From a virus, in the IMG/VR virus record IMGVR_UViG_3300029448_007456, positions 32,001-96,000 of that record: 64,000 nt of DNA; one strand, 5' to 3'. Shown here piece by piece: positions 49,359 through 59,150 of this stretch (positions are counted from its first letter, which is position 1; every line of letters begins with the position of its first letter). A model generated the notes under the pieces. That model saw only the letters and a program-made list of their open reading frames with translations, did no database searches and had not been told where the DNA came from. The position numbers were made by a program, and so were the translations under genes.

Positions 49359-49773
49359 AATTTTGATAGTCCTTATATTTGTTTAACAACACAGCTCCAT
49401 TTTTGAGATGAAAGCGACTCGCCATTTCTGTGCAAGGTGATAGAGTGACGAATCTATTGACCCATGGTTTAAACTTTTCAATGTGATCTTTCACTTCAAG
49501 AATTATGTTGGTTCCTGCTCCTTTAGTGTAACTCCACACTGTATAAAAAGTTGCCACAGAAGCATTAGTTGTGCAACAACCAAGTTGTAGGTCTTGTTCA
49601 TTTTGTGGAACAGCATCAAGATAAGACACACAAATCACAGCATCAACCTTGTCTTCAAATGAAAAGATATAAGTTTCGTTGGGTTCTGTTACTCTAAAAA
49701 AAGCAGGTATGTGTGGTCGGACTGGATCTTTTTCAAAGTGGTGTTCTTCTTCTGGCAGAAGTTTTCTAATCAT
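49345..49773 (-). CDS. Hypothetical protein
   Basis: DPVRPHI, FYTVWSY..GAG, VTLSP.TEMA..FH.KNGA. Confidence 0.55.
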   Translation of the reverse strand: MIRKLLPEEEHHFEKDPVRPHIPAFFRVTEPNETYIFSFEDKVDAVICVSYLDAVPQNEQDLQLGCCTTNASVATFYTVWSYTKGAGTNIILEVKDHIEKFKPWVNRFVTLSPCTEMASRFHLKNGAVLLNKYKDYQNFEYK

Positions 49774-49791
49774 TAGGATTATTATACAGTA

Positions 49792-50121
49792 TTAAGAACG
49801 TTTACGCAAGGCTCTTTTTGCCATTTTGCTGACTTCGTCTGAACCGTTGATGTCCATGGCATTGTCATCTGTGGGTTCAACCACAGTGTCAATGGTGATC
49901 TTTTCTCCGTCAAACGATTTGATAAGATTTTTTATTGTAGGATCATTCATCAATGACTTGATGATGTCTGGATTGATGTCTATACCTTGATCATCCATGA
50001 AGTCTGACAGAGCATCAATAGGAACCACAGCGCCTTGCTTGCGAGCATCTGCTTCCTGTTTGAAGTATTGTAGTATGGATGCTAGTTGATGAACGTAGTT
50101 TTCAACTTCAATTATTAGCAT
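49792..50121 (-). CDS. Hypothetical protein
   Basis: ORF coupled to 50121-51614. Confidence 0.55.
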   Translation of the reverse strand: MLIIEVENYVHQLASILQYFKQEADARKQGAVVPIDALSDFMDDQGIDINPDIIKSLMNDPTIKNLIKSFDGEKITIDTVVEPTDDNAMDINGSDEVSKMAKRALRKRS

Positions 50122-51614
50122 TATCTCTCTGCACGACCAGCTAGCTCGTCGCCACCGGCAGCAGGTTCAGATGCGCCAAAGTCGTCTCCACCTTCTATGT
50201 CTGCATCACCCATGCCATCGCCTGTGTCAATGTCCATGTCACCGCCCATGTCAAGGTCATCATCGCCTGCCATTGGAGTTGGTGCTTCACCTTTCACTAT
50301 TGCAACAGAATCCTGAGCACCTTGTCTTGCTGTGCTGAGTGCTTGTTCCAATGCTTCAAGAGCTGGATCAATTTGATTTTGATATGACTGTGCTTGTTCT
50401 TGCCCTAGTTCATTGGACATTCTGTCCACTAGTTCAAGCACTTGTGAAGATTTTATTTCTGCAATCTTCTCATACATGTCTGTGATGGTATCTACTATGT
50501 CTTGTGATGCAAGTAGAATTTCTGATGTTTCCATTTCATTCTCTAATAGAGATTTCAATGTTGATGCATAATCGTCGGACTCATTGCGTCCTACAATTTT
50601 CTGTAAGTTATTAAATCTAGTCACGGCTGACGCTCCTCCTCTGATGAATGTGTCTAGTTTATCAATGATTGGCATGAAGCCTTTCATCAATGGTGCTGGC
50701 ACAGAACGTCCTGACTTAGCAAGTTCTAATGCCCTTTTGGCTTCAGAAAAATTCTGATTGCCTACTAACAGTCTTAGAGCTGCCATTTCTTTGGCTCCTA
50801 GTCTAACCTGTTGCTCAGCCACTTGTCCTGTGATTGTTTGTCTTATTGCTTCAACCACAGCGGCTAAATCTTTTGATAATTGTTCAATTGAATCTTTTTG
50901 TTTAGGATATTTTTTTTCAAGTTCTTGTTTGCTCATACCCTGTTGCATGTCATGAACAAGTTTTTTGAATTCAGGTGCAACCACATCTTCAAGGTCGCCT
51001 GCACCTTCTTTGTCTGCTTCAGTGACTCCGCCTGTTTTAAATTCAACTGTGTGTGCTTTGCCTTCACGGTCTTGATACTCAATGGATATGCCTTTTGGAC
51101 CACCGCCTTGACTGGTGACTGTATATCCTTGGCTATCAAGATATTTCATAAAATTTTTTACATCATCATTGATGTCTTCGCCCATGTTTACCTTGGCACC
51201 TACTTTTAATTGTGGTGCTTTATCTTGTTTGTTTGGGTCTTTGGCTTTTACTTCTACATTGCCTTGTGCATCTGTGTCTACATCAACTTCTTTGGTGTTT
51301 ACTTTTGTTGTAACACCTGGCTTGGCAGGATCTTCTATTTCAATTTCATCGCCTTGAACTTTTTTGATACGCATTTCTTGTTCTTTGATAATAGCATCTA
51401 ACAATAATTTGTTCTCTACATATTTTGGATTGGATGCACCTGTATTGAAAGCCATAGCAGATTCAAAATTTTTCACTGAATTTTGAACCGACCCTTTAAA
51501 GGTTTCAAGTGTGGTATCTTCTAGTTCATTAAGATTAATGGATTGCCCAAATCTTTCTTCGATAATCTTACTCAATTTAGAGCTTGAAAAATAATCTATG
51601 TTGTCTATTATCAT
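50121..51614 (-). CDS. Acidic putative head/scaffold-like protein
   Basis: Late TAAATA promoter; acidic low-complexity C-terminus; function is inference. Confidence 0.45.
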   Translation of the reverse strand: MIIDNIDYFSSSKLSKIIEERFGQSINLNELEDTTLETFKGSVQNSVKNFESAMAFNTGASNPKYVENKLLLDAIIKEQEMRIKKVQGDEIEIEDPAKPGVTTKVNTKEVDVDTDAQGNVEVKAKDPNKQDKAPQLKVGAKVNMGEDINDDVKNFMKYLDSQGYTVTSQGGGPKGISIEYQDREGKAHTVEFKTGGVTEADKEGAGDLEDVVAPEFKKLVHDMQQGMSKQELEKKYPKQKDSIEQLSKDLAAVVEAIRQTITGQVAEQQVRLGAKEMAALRLLVGNQNFSEAKRALELAKSGRSVPAPLMKGFMPIIDKLDTFIRGGASAVTRFNNLQKIVGRNESDDYASTLKSLLENEMETSEILLASQDIVDTITDMYEKIAEIKSSQVLELVDRMSNELGQEQAQSYQNQIDPALEALEQALSTARQGAQDSVAIVKGEAPTPMAGDDDLDMGGDMDIDTGDGMGDADIEGGDDFGASEPAAGGDELAGRAER

Positions 51615-51649
51615 GGTATGCGATTATTTATTAAGATGTCTATGCGATT

Positions 51650-52081
51650 TCATAGTGTCATGGCTTTATATAAATCATCAATTTTGCCTACAATGATTTC
51701 AAGTCTATCTTGTAGATACTCTAATGCATCTTGATTTGATATAGGTTTGTGCTTATGCCGTAAGCACTCTGCATAATTTACTGCATATTCTTTGTCTAGA
51801 TGTAATAGCTTGTCTAATGTATCACGATGTGGTTCTGTGAACTGATTCATTAGGGTAGCAATACAAATAGCAACTTTCCTATTTGCAATGTCTCTTTTGA
51901 TTGGTTGTCTTTGTTTGGAAAAAACATCATAGGTTTGTTGCTTGTTTAATAACACAGCACAATCGCCTATCACCACACCGTTCTTAATGCTTTTTGGAAT
52001 GTATTTTACTGTGTTTCCAGAACGAGTTAGTTTGTGGACTGCTCGCTTGATAAAGCTCTCAATACGTTTGACCTGCACCAT
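51650..52081 (-). CDS. Hypothetical protein
   Basis: ORF. Confidence 0.5.
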   Translation of the reverse strand: MVQVKRIESFIKRAVHKLTRSGNTVKYIPKSIKNGVVIGDCAVLLNKQQTYDVFSKQRQPIKRDIANRKVAICIATLMNQFTEPHRDTLDKLLHLDKEYAVNYAECLRHKHKPISNQDALEYLQDRLEIIVGKIDDLYKAMTL

Positions 52082-52272
52082 GGTTGTATCTCAGGTTTCC
52101 TTTCCCTTAGTTTATCGTATATTACTATATGTTTTCGCCAAAGTAAATCAATAATGTGCCAGTCGTCTAGAGCAATCATGTCAAGAGTAAAATTTTCATC
52201 CACAATGTTTTCTAACATTTTTACTTCAAGACTATCAAGTCCGATGGAATAGTATTTGAACTTTATATTCAC
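52027..52272 (-). CDS. Hypothetical protein
   Basis: ORF. Confidence 0.4.
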   Translation of the reverse strand: MNIKFKYYSIGLDSLEVKMLENIVDENFTLDMIALDDWHIIDLLWRKHIVIYDKLRERKPEIQPWCRSNVLRALSSEQSTN

Positions 52273-52273
52273 T

Positions 52274-52558
52274 TTATCTTTTTCTGTTGAGGATTCTTAA
52301 TCTGCGTGATGCTGGATTTGTTCTTTTGGTGCGTTTGGCTCTTCTTACCATGACAGCACCTTTTTGTGATCTTAGACGTCTCATTCTTATTCTGGCTTTG
52401 ATGTTGATTGGTTTAAAACATTGATCAGGTTTAGCAACTATCCTGCCTTTTCTTTGTCCAGATGTGCAACGATACTTCCTTACCACTGAAGTGCCTTTGC
52501 GTCCCCAGATTTGTTTTTCGTCTAGGACTTCTTCTGCAAAAATTTCAAAGATTTTCAT
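52274..52558 (-). CDS. Highly basic protein with acidic leader (paralog of 59151-59492)
   Basis: MKIFEIFAEE...RKYRCTSG.RKGRIVA.P..C.KPI. Confidence 0.65.
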   Translation of the reverse strand: MKIFEIFAEEVLDEKQIWGRKGTSVVRKYRCTSGQRKGRIVAKPDQCFKPINIKARIRMRRLRSQKGAVMVRRAKRTKRTNPASRRLRILNRKR

Positions 52559-52559
52559 A

Positions 52560-52802
52560 CTATAACATCATGACAATAGCAACCACTGTGGACAATAATC
52601 CACCTGTCACTGTTGCGGCTGACCCAATGATGATTTTTGATGTGCGTTTGGATTCTTCCAACATGGTGTCTTTCAATCCATGCACTGCTGCTTCAACACC
52701 TTCTATTCTTGTCTCCAAACGGTAGTAGCGTTCAGAACAAAGGTCAACGTGTGCTTCTAAACTTTTCTTTTCACTTGCATATTGAACTGCTGTTCGTTCC
52801 AT
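52560..52802 (-). CDS. Coiled-coil protein with C-terminal TM helix
   Basis: SLEAHVDLC.ERY; C-terminal hydrophobic helix. Confidence 0.55.
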   Translation of the reverse strand: MERTAVQYASEKKSLEAHVDLCSERYYRLETRIEGVEAAVHGLKDTMLEESKRTSKIIIGSAATVTGGLLSTVVAIVMML

Positions 52803-52877
52803 TATATCATAGCGTCCTTTCCACGCTCAGTGGTGCCTATGATGCCTATGTTGTGCCTATACATGTGTATTTAGTGG

Positions 52878-53267
52878 TCATAGGTCCTGAATATTAAAAT
52901 ATATGTTTTTGGTCTTTGGATTCTTTGTGTCAAACACAGAAGGCTTGATGACCACAGACTCCATCAAATTGCAAATGACAGGCACCTGATGACAGTCTTC
53001 AATCAACCCTCCGAGACTACTGAATTTATTTGCAAACACATCTATCTGTTCACACACAAACGACACCACCCATATGTTTTGATTACCACCAAATTCTTCA
53101 CCAAAATCATATTCAGACATAGGCTGATTGCCTGCCGCATTCACATGCAGACTGAGAGGATTACCACGCAGGGCAATAGTTTGGATCAGTGAATTGTAGT
53201 TTTGTATTTGTAGGGCAGACGTCTGTGAAATATCCACAAGACTGTAACCCACAATGTGCTGATGCAT
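52878..53267 (-). CDS. Hypothetical protein
   Basis: ORF in the late block. Confidence 0.55.
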   Translation of the reverse strand: MHQHIVGYSLVDISQTSALQIQNYNSLIQTIALRGNPLSLHVNAAGNQPMSEYDFGEEFGGNQNIWVVSFVCEQIDVFANKFSSLGGLIEDCHQVPVICNLMESVVIKPSVFDTKNPKTKNIYFNIQDL

Positions 53268-53298
53268 GTTAGTATTTTATATGATGTTGTTGGAAGAG

Positions 53299-53326
53299 TA
53301 AAGCGGTCCTGAATAAAGAACCGCTT
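53299..53326 (-). terminator. Terminator hairpin
   Basis: AAAGCGGT/ACCGCTTT inverted repeat. Confidence 0.6.
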
Positions 53327-53345
53327 TGAAGTATAATGTATCTTA

Positions 53346-53720
53346 TTATACAGCTGCCGCTGTTAAGATACCTAGATCTGTTGCTGTCACAGTTGCACTT
53401 GAAATAGTTGCTGTAATTGAACCATTTCCGTTGAGTGCTCTGATTGCAGTTTGTAGAGCCGCCGCAGTTGGGGCTGTGTCTGATCTCATAATGTAAGTCT
53501 TTTGAGTGTTTGTGTCTGTTAAAGGACCTTCAGCAAGAATGTTGCCGAATTGCTCAATTGTTCTTCTTACTATTTCAAGACCAGCCACTGCTGATGATGT
53601 GTCTGGATCACCTGTTTCTGCGTTCATGGCGCTGATAAAATCAACGATGAAAATGCTATACTCAGGATAGCCATGTTCTACGTTAGTAGTATGACTAAAG
53701 TTGTTTCTTGTAATTGCCAT
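53346..53720 (-). CDS. Putative virion structural protein
   Basis: A/T-rich; TAAATA plus AAGGAG; own terminator. Confidence 0.5.
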   Translation of the reverse strand: MAITRNNFSHTTNVEHGYPEYSIFIVDFISAMNAETGDPDTSSAVAGLEIVRRTIEQFGNILAEGPLTDTNTQKTYIMRSDTAPTAAALQTAIRALNGNGSITATISSATVTATDLGILTAAAV

Positions 53721-53818
53721 TTTGTTTATCTCCTTATGCCCACGCTCCGTGGACTTTGCAAGTATTTATGTGGAATTTTGGTAAAAGTTAGGGGCAATGG
53801 TGCCACTGCCCCCATAGA

Positions 53819-53935
53819 TTATTCAGCCACTGCTTCGACCGGTACGTCGGCAGGAGTGAATATGCCGGACATGTAGCCAACAACAACAATAACTGCCACT
53901 GCCGCCCATACCCATTTGTTTTTTAGATGTTTCAT
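53819..53935 (-). CDS. Small membrane protein (38 aa, not in track)
   Basis: MKHLKNKWVWAAVAVIVVVGY...; AAGGAG RBS; followed by a GGGGCA/TGCCCC hairpin. Confidence 0.5.
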   Translation of the reverse strand: MKHLKNKWVWAAVAVIVVVGYMSGIFTPADVPVEAVAE

Positions 53936-53944
53936 TAAGTCTCC

Positions 53945-54178
53945 TTACTTAGATTTGTAAATGTTATACAAAACCCAAACTGCCACCAAGCCTAATAAGC
54001 CTTGTGCTGATAGTCCAGCCAATACTCCTGTGATATTATCAATCACAGATATATTTGGCCAAAACGGAATACCTTGTCCGTTGAACAATATCTCTAGGAC
54101 AATGCCCAGAGCAACTAATGATACACCAACATCTGCTAGTGCTGATGCCCATCCTTTGATAGATTTTACAATCTCCAT
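53945..54178 (-). CDS. Small membrane protein
   Basis: Two TM helices, IPF, GL.GL.A.WVL; AAGGAG RBS. Confidence 0.6.
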   Translation of the reverse strand: MEIVKSIKGWASALADVGVSLVALGIVLEILFNGQGIPFWPNISVIDNITGVLAGLSAQGLLGLVAVWVLYNIYKSK

Positions 54179-54301
54179 CTTGTCTCCTTTGTGGTTGACC
54201 TCCAGTCAACTTGTATATTTGCCGCAGGTAAGATCAGTTAATAAACTACCATATTTGGTTGTAGATGTCTGTGCAGTGGTGAAAAATCTTTATGTAGTCA
54301 T

Positions 54302-54327
54302 AAAAAAAGGGGGATATACCCCCTTTT
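54302..54327 (-). terminator. Terminator hairpin
   Basis: AAAAGGGGG/CCCCCTTTT inverted repeat with U-tract. Confidence 0.7.
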
Positions 54328-54347
54328 AATTTGTTTATCAAATGTTA

Positions 54348-54887
54348 TTAGGCGTCGCCTCTTCCGTCGAACATACCAATAATTTCTGAGTTAGCGCCAG
54401 CTAATGGAGCTGAACCATCTGCAGGAAGTTTTGCTATCTTCACACCAACTGTGCCTGATGAGTCATCGGAGCCGGAAATTGCAGCTAAGATTGCTGTTTC
54501 GATGTCTGCTTCTGATCCTGATTTAACAGTTGAGTCATCACCTGTGCTTGCACCTGCTGATGCTGGAGCATCAAACAAAGCTTCACCTTCAACAATGTAT
54601 TGATACACATCAATGTCTACGCCTGCTGTGACGTTTGTGTTGATTAAAGCATCTTCTGAAGTTGCTGTTCTAGCTAGGTAGTAGTTTATTGCCAATAGTG
54701 TGCCACCATTACCAGCTGCTGAGTTGATAACATTGGTCACTGTTTGAAATGTTGAACCATCTGATTCAGGTGTTGTTGCTGAAGAGGCAAAGTCAGCGTT
54801 GAATATTACTTCAATAAAAGTTAAAGTCTTACCTGTGAAAGACTGTCTTCTGATCACGTTAGTTGATCTTGATTTAGTTGCGGGCAT
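54348..54887 (-). CDS. Putative virion structural protein
   Basis: S/A/T/D-rich; TAAATA plus AAGGAG; own terminator. Confidence 0.5.
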   Translation of the reverse strand: MPATKSRSTNVIRRQSFTGKTLTFIEVIFNADFASSATTPESDGSTFQTVTNVINSAAGNGGTLLAINYYLARTATSEDALINTNVTAGVDIDVYQYIVEGEALFDAPASAGASTGDDSTVKSGSEADIETAILAAISGSDDSSGTVGVKIAKLPADGSAPLAGANSEIIGMFDGRGDA

Positions 54888-54996
54888 TTGAGATCTCCTT
54901 TTCTATTTTTCAATTGTCCTAAGGGGGGTCAGTAAACTGGATATCTAGAATTGTTTACTCAACTAGATGTATTTAGTTGCATTTTAATCTTAGATC

Positions 54997-55710
54997 ATGT
55001 ATAATTGGCAAGTGGACACTGTCTTAGTAATACCTGCTAGAATGCAGTCAACCAGACTGCCTCAAAAACCCTTACTGAAACGCAATGGCATCACACTGAT
55101 TGAAACAGTGTGGCGCCAGTGTGTCCAAACAGGTTTTGATGTTATTGTTGCCACTGACCATGAAGACATTGCTCGTGAAGTAGATGCCTTCAGAGGACAA
55201 GTAGTGATGACAAAATCAGACACACCCACAGGCACAGATCGTTGTGCAGAAGCAGTGTATCAAACCAATTACAACTATGTGATCAATGTGCAAGGTGACA
55301 TGCCCTACATCACACCAGAACAAATTGTTGAGTGCCATTCATTGGTCAAACAATTTGATGTAGGCACACTCATCTATGACATGGCTGATCAAGAACAAAC
55401 CAATCCCAACTCTGTGAAATGCATAGGAGTTGAACATCATAAAGTGAAACATGATGTGTATGAATGCAAATGGTTTGGCAGAATGGCTGTGCCCTATGGG
55501 TTTCACCATGCAGGCATCTATGCCTACAGAATGAATGCACTGCGTCAATACAAAAGATTGCCTCAAGGCAAGTTTGAACAGATAGAACGGTTGGAACAAC
55601 TGCGTTGGCTAGAACGTGGCTTTAGAGTATTTGCAAAAGAAACCACTCCTATTCAAGGAGAAATAAACACTAGGCAAGACTATGATGATTGGTGTTTAAC
55701 AGATGCTTGA
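54997..55710 (+). CDS. kdsB: CMP-Kdo synthetase (3-deoxy-manno-octulosonate cytidylyltransferase)
   Basis: IPAR..STRLP.KPL, VATD, TGTDR.AE, INVQGD.P, H.GIYAY, E..E.LEQLR.LE.G. Confidence 0.88.
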   Translation: MYNWQVDTVLVIPARMQSTRLPQKPLLKRNGITLIETVWRQCVQTGFDVIVATDHEDIAREVDAFRGQVVMTKSDTPTGTDRCAEAVYQTNYNYVINVQGDMPYITPEQIVECHSLVKQFDVGTLIYDMADQEQTNPNSVKCIGVEHHKVKHDVYECKWFGRMAVPYGFHHAGIYAYRMNALRQYKRLPQGKFEQIERLEQLRWLERGFRVFAKETTPIQGEINTRQDYDDWCLTDA

Positions 55711-56626
55711 TGCCTCCACACATCTGCACATTGTTGTTAGATAAAAAATTTAATTCATTCAATAACTTTTGATCAACTGCCACTTGATTATTATTCCACC
55801 ATTGCTCTGTGTGATGGCCCCATCTATCAAGTAGTTGCATCGAAATAGTTTTGAATCCTAGCCTGTGTCCTAGTTCGTAATATTTTACAATCTCATTTTG
55901 ATTGTTGCGTTGCAACACAAACTGTCCGTGTGTGACTATATCATTTTGTCGTAGCCATTCACAGTTGTCTATCACTTGATCAAAGTTGCTGTTTCTAATC
56001 ACTTGATAGGTGTTGGCTGTGCCAGCATCCAAACTGATCACCATGGAATGGATGTTTGCTTTGATTTTATTGATGAGGTTGTGATACTGATGTATGGTTG
56101 TACCATTGGTGGTGATGGTCAATTGCACATTGGTGGGCAGTGCAGTTTCTTGAAAAAAATCAAGATAGGACCTACTGGCAAAGATATCCCCATATCCATC
56201 ACAAAATATTTCCACAGGCAGATCGTGTTTTACATAGAATCCAAACACATGATTCAATATGCGTCTTGCATCAGCACCCTGTTTGTCAATGACGGGTTGC
56301 AGTCTACAGGATGGACAGGCAAGATTACAACTTTGGTCAATGGTCAACATTATTCTGTTGGGCAAAGGTTGGGCAATCAAATCCTGTGTTTTGTCGGGCA
56401 GGTTGTGTAGATTGGGACACTCTTCAGCTGAGCAACGAGAAAAGTCTCCTTGATTAATCCCTTGCCTAATGTCCTTAACTTTGTTGCTATGCCATACCTT
56501 AAAAAAGTCTTTGTCAAAAATATTTCCAATGCACACAGGCATCCATCTGTGGCACAGACATGAATATACCTCCCCACTTACATGTATGTTGCAGGTATCG
56601 AATGGTTGATTACAAATCTTAGACAC
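55670..56626 (-). CDS. Radical SAM protein with N-terminal SPASM-like domain
   Basis: C..PF...G.VY.C, IGN, C...CP; SCNLACPSC; GDIFAS; TTNG. Confidence 0.82.
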   Translation of the reverse strand: MSKICNQPFDTCNIHVSGEVYSCLCHRWMPVCIGNIFDKDFFKVWHSNKVKDIRQGINQGDFSRCSAEECPNLHNLPDKTQDLIAQPLPNRIMLTIDQSCNLACPSCRLQPVIDKQGADARRILNHVFGFYVKHDLPVEIFCDGYGDIFASRSYLDFFQETALPTNVQLTITTNGTTIHQYHNLINKIKANIHSMVISLDAGTANTYQVIRNSNFDQVIDNCEWLRQNDIVTHGQFVLQRNNQNEIVKYYELGHRLGFKTISMQLLDRWGHHTEQWWNNNQVAVDQKLLNELNFLSNNNVQMCGGIKHLLNTNHHSLA

Positions 56627-56641
56627 AATGTAGTTTAATGG

Positions 56642-57862
56642 TTATTTCTCTTGTGCCCACAGTTTTTGGGCAGAGAAGTTGGCTTTGGAAAATGTTAGTC
56701 TGTCTACAATCTTGACTGCTTGCCCATCATTATCAATGGCCACATAGCCTTCTGGGTTGGTCACTTGATAGCCTTGATCTGTTTTGAGAAATTGTTTGGT
56801 AGACTGCACATCATTGATTTGTTTGATAATTTTGTTTTTGATCTGCATGGTTGCATTATGAATACGAATGATAGCAGAAACTCCGCGTTCATTCTCAGCA
56901 AACAATTTGCCCATCACTGCCACTGCTTGGTCACGTTTCAGTTTGGCTGTGTCTGTCTTGAGTTTATCCTTGGCTTGTGCTTGTATGTCACGATAGTAGT
57001 TGATGTATTGTTGCATCATTTGTTTTGGATCTTGTGTAACTCCACCTTTTTTGATTTGTGAATTGATGAACTGCAACATGTATTGAACAAAATCTTTGCT
57101 GGTGGATAATTTCATCCACAGAGGCATGGGCACTTCGTCTACCAATTGATCAATTTTTTGAATTGCAGTTTTCAGTGACAAACTTTCACTCTGTTTGAAA
57201 GTTGCTGTGCCAGTGAAGTCTTTGAAGTAGGCATCGTCATACCATACATTACTGTCTTGACCAAATTCACTAACGTCAACTCCAAAGGATGCTGACAGTG
57301 TGTCCATTGTATCACCATCATACTTGGTGTGAAACACAATGCCAATTTTAGACTTGGTGATTTGATCATACAATTTACTTCCTTTTTGCACAGCATATGT
57401 AATTGTGTTAGGAGTAAATGTTAAAAACGCTTCGTCGTCTATTCTCTCAGGCTTTAACATGCCAGGAATATACATAAGGTCGCCTTGCACCACACCTTGA
57501 ATGTTTAGGCCGCTAAGATACCTATGAGCATACTTGAGAACTTTTGCAAGTCCACCTTGATGATTCTTATCAATGTCATCAAATGTGTAATTTATTTTTG
57601 GTGTGCGAGCATTGAACACTGATTTAGTGCCCACAAAAAACTTTCCGTTAAGCGGATCTTTGCCACACACAATGGCAGGTGCACCATCCCACTTCACTGT
57701 GGCTCTCACATCAGCATCTGCATTGCCTCCTAGCATGTCCACCAGCCCCATAAGATATCTTACTGCTGATTTGGCGCCTACTAATCCGTTGCGAATTATT
57801 TCTTCTTCAATGTGATAGAGATGTGTGTTGACGTCTTCTGTTAAAAATTGCTTAATTCTCAT
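56642..57862 (-). CDS. DUF6267-like protein with predicted ligase/nucleotidyltransferase fold
   Basis: TVKWDGAPA (KxDG), QGDLMY, PEGYV, VKIVDR..FS..NF. Confidence 0.6.
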   Translation of the reverse strand: MRIKQFLTEDVNTHLYHIEEEIIRNGLVGAKSAVRYLMGLVDMLGGNADADVRATVKWDGAPAIVCGKDPLNGKFFVGTKSVFNARTPKINYTFDDIDKNHQGGLAKVLKYAHRYLSGLNIQGVVQGDLMYIPGMLKPERIDDEAFLTFTPNTITYAVQKGSKLYDQITKSKIGIVFHTKYDGDTMDTLSASFGVDVSEFGQDSNVWYDDAYFKDFTGTATFKQSESLSLKTAIQKIDQLVDEVPMPLWMKLSTSKDFVQYMLQFINSQIKKGGVTQDPKQMMQQYINYYRDIQAQAKDKLKTDTAKLKRDQAVAVMGKLFAENERGVSAIIRIHNATMQIKNKIIKQINDVQSTKQFLKTDQGYQVTNPEGYVAIDNDGQAVKIVDRLTFSKANFSAQKLWAQEK

Positions 57863-58100
57863 CTTTGCGAGCGAGACTGCGATAAAACTTTTTTGAATCT
57901 AGTGATTTAATGGAGTTGATGAATTTTTTATGTAGATCCATTGCCTCGTCCTTGTCATATACACTGTAAAATTCGTTGACGATATTGATTGCTGACTCTA
58001 ATACATGTTGACTTTTGTTCTCTACAATGTTCTTACGAGTTGATCCAGGAGATGACATGCTTATTTCTTCAAGAATTGAACGAGTGGTGCGTTTCATCAT
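57852..58100 (-). CDS. Hypothetical protein
   Basis: TRSILEE..., TAAATA immediately upstream. Confidence 0.55.
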   Translation of the reverse strand: MMKRTTRSILEEISMSSPGSTRKNIVENKSQHVLESAINIVNEFYSVYDKDEAMDLHKKFINSIKSLDSKKFYRSLARKDEN

Positions 58101-58125
58101 AGTATTTACTTCCTAATAAATATTT

Positions 58126-58875
58126 GTGATGTTACATGATTATACACTTCATTGCAAGCTGAGTGAACTGGTGTATCTTCCAGCAGAAGAATTCATGGGC
58201 AAAGTCAAGCGAGAGTATGGTTTATTCAGCGAATTTTCGTCAGTAGAAGGTTCAGATGTCGCTGTATGTTGGAACACAAGCAGAGTGATCATTGTGTGCA
58301 GAGGCACACAGCCTACATCGATGAATGATATCAAAGCAGATCTCAAAGCATATAAAACCAAATTCAAAGACATATGCTGGTGTCATGATGGTTTCAAAGA
58401 CGAAGTGGAAAAAAATTTAGATTGGGCAATCAAAGTTGCCACCAAAAACAAAATGAACAACAAACAGATTTCTGTGTGTGGACATTCATTAGGTGGAGCC
58501 ATGGCACATCTGTTTGCACTGTACATATCACATGAACTCAGCAATAATGTTAAATTGTACACATATGGTTCACCTAGAGTGGGTGGATGGTCATTCCACA
58601 AAGCATGGAAAAACTGCGACATTGAAGCACACAGATTTAGAAACAACAATGATGTTGTGCCTGGTGTACCGTTTGCCATCATGGGATTCAAACACGTGGG
58701 CGAACTGCATTACATCAATCATTATGGTAATGTGCGTAAGATGTCATACTGGCAGAGAATGAAAGACAAACTTCGTGGACGTTGGCGAGCACTGCAAAAA
58801 GGTCAACCCTTTGATGGTGTGTTTGATCACTCGATGGGTTTGTACGCCAACAAAATTTCCAAACAATTTAATTAA
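58126..58875 (+). CDS. Class 3 lipase-like alpha/beta hydrolase
   Basis: CRGT, H.GF, GHSLGGAMA, YTYGSPRVG, NNNDVVP.VP, DH. Confidence 0.88.
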   Translation: MMLHDYTLHCKLSELVYLPAEEFMGKVKREYGLFSEFSSVEGSDVAVCWNTSRVIIVCRGTQPTSMNDIKADLKAYKTKFKDICWCHDGFKDEVEKNLDWAIKVATKNKMNNKQISVCGHSLGGAMAHLFALYISHELSNNVKLYTYGSPRVGGWSFHKAWKNCDIEAHRFRNNNDVVPGVPFAIMGFKHVGELHYINHYGNVRKMSYWQRMKDKLRGRWRALQKGQPFDGVFDHSMGLYANKISKQFN

Positions 58876-59093
58876 GAATAGTCTTTGAGAGGGCCACCAT
58901 ACTTCTTGCCTTTAATTTTTTTGCCGCCCACTTTGACTCGTTTAGATCCAATCTTCTGTGACTTTTCGCCTGTGCGTGATCTTAGTCCTTGACTCTTGCA
59001 TGATGACAACCAGGATTTAGGCAGTGCTGAATCCGGTTTGGATGATCTACACACCTTGGCTGGTGCTGGACCTATTACTTCTGACAAACGCAT
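58872..59093 (-). CDS. Small basic protein
   Basis: MRLSEVI leader; K/R-rich; SCKSQGLR. Confidence 0.55.
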   Translation of the reverse strand: MRLSEVIGPAPAKVCRSSKPDSALPKSWLSSCKSQGLRSRTGEKSQKIGSKRVKVGGKKIKGKKYGGPLKDYS

Positions 59094-59150
59094 ATGTGTA
59101 TTTAACAGACCCCGCTATTGTGATTATTGTTTTTGCTTGTGGCCCCGCTA

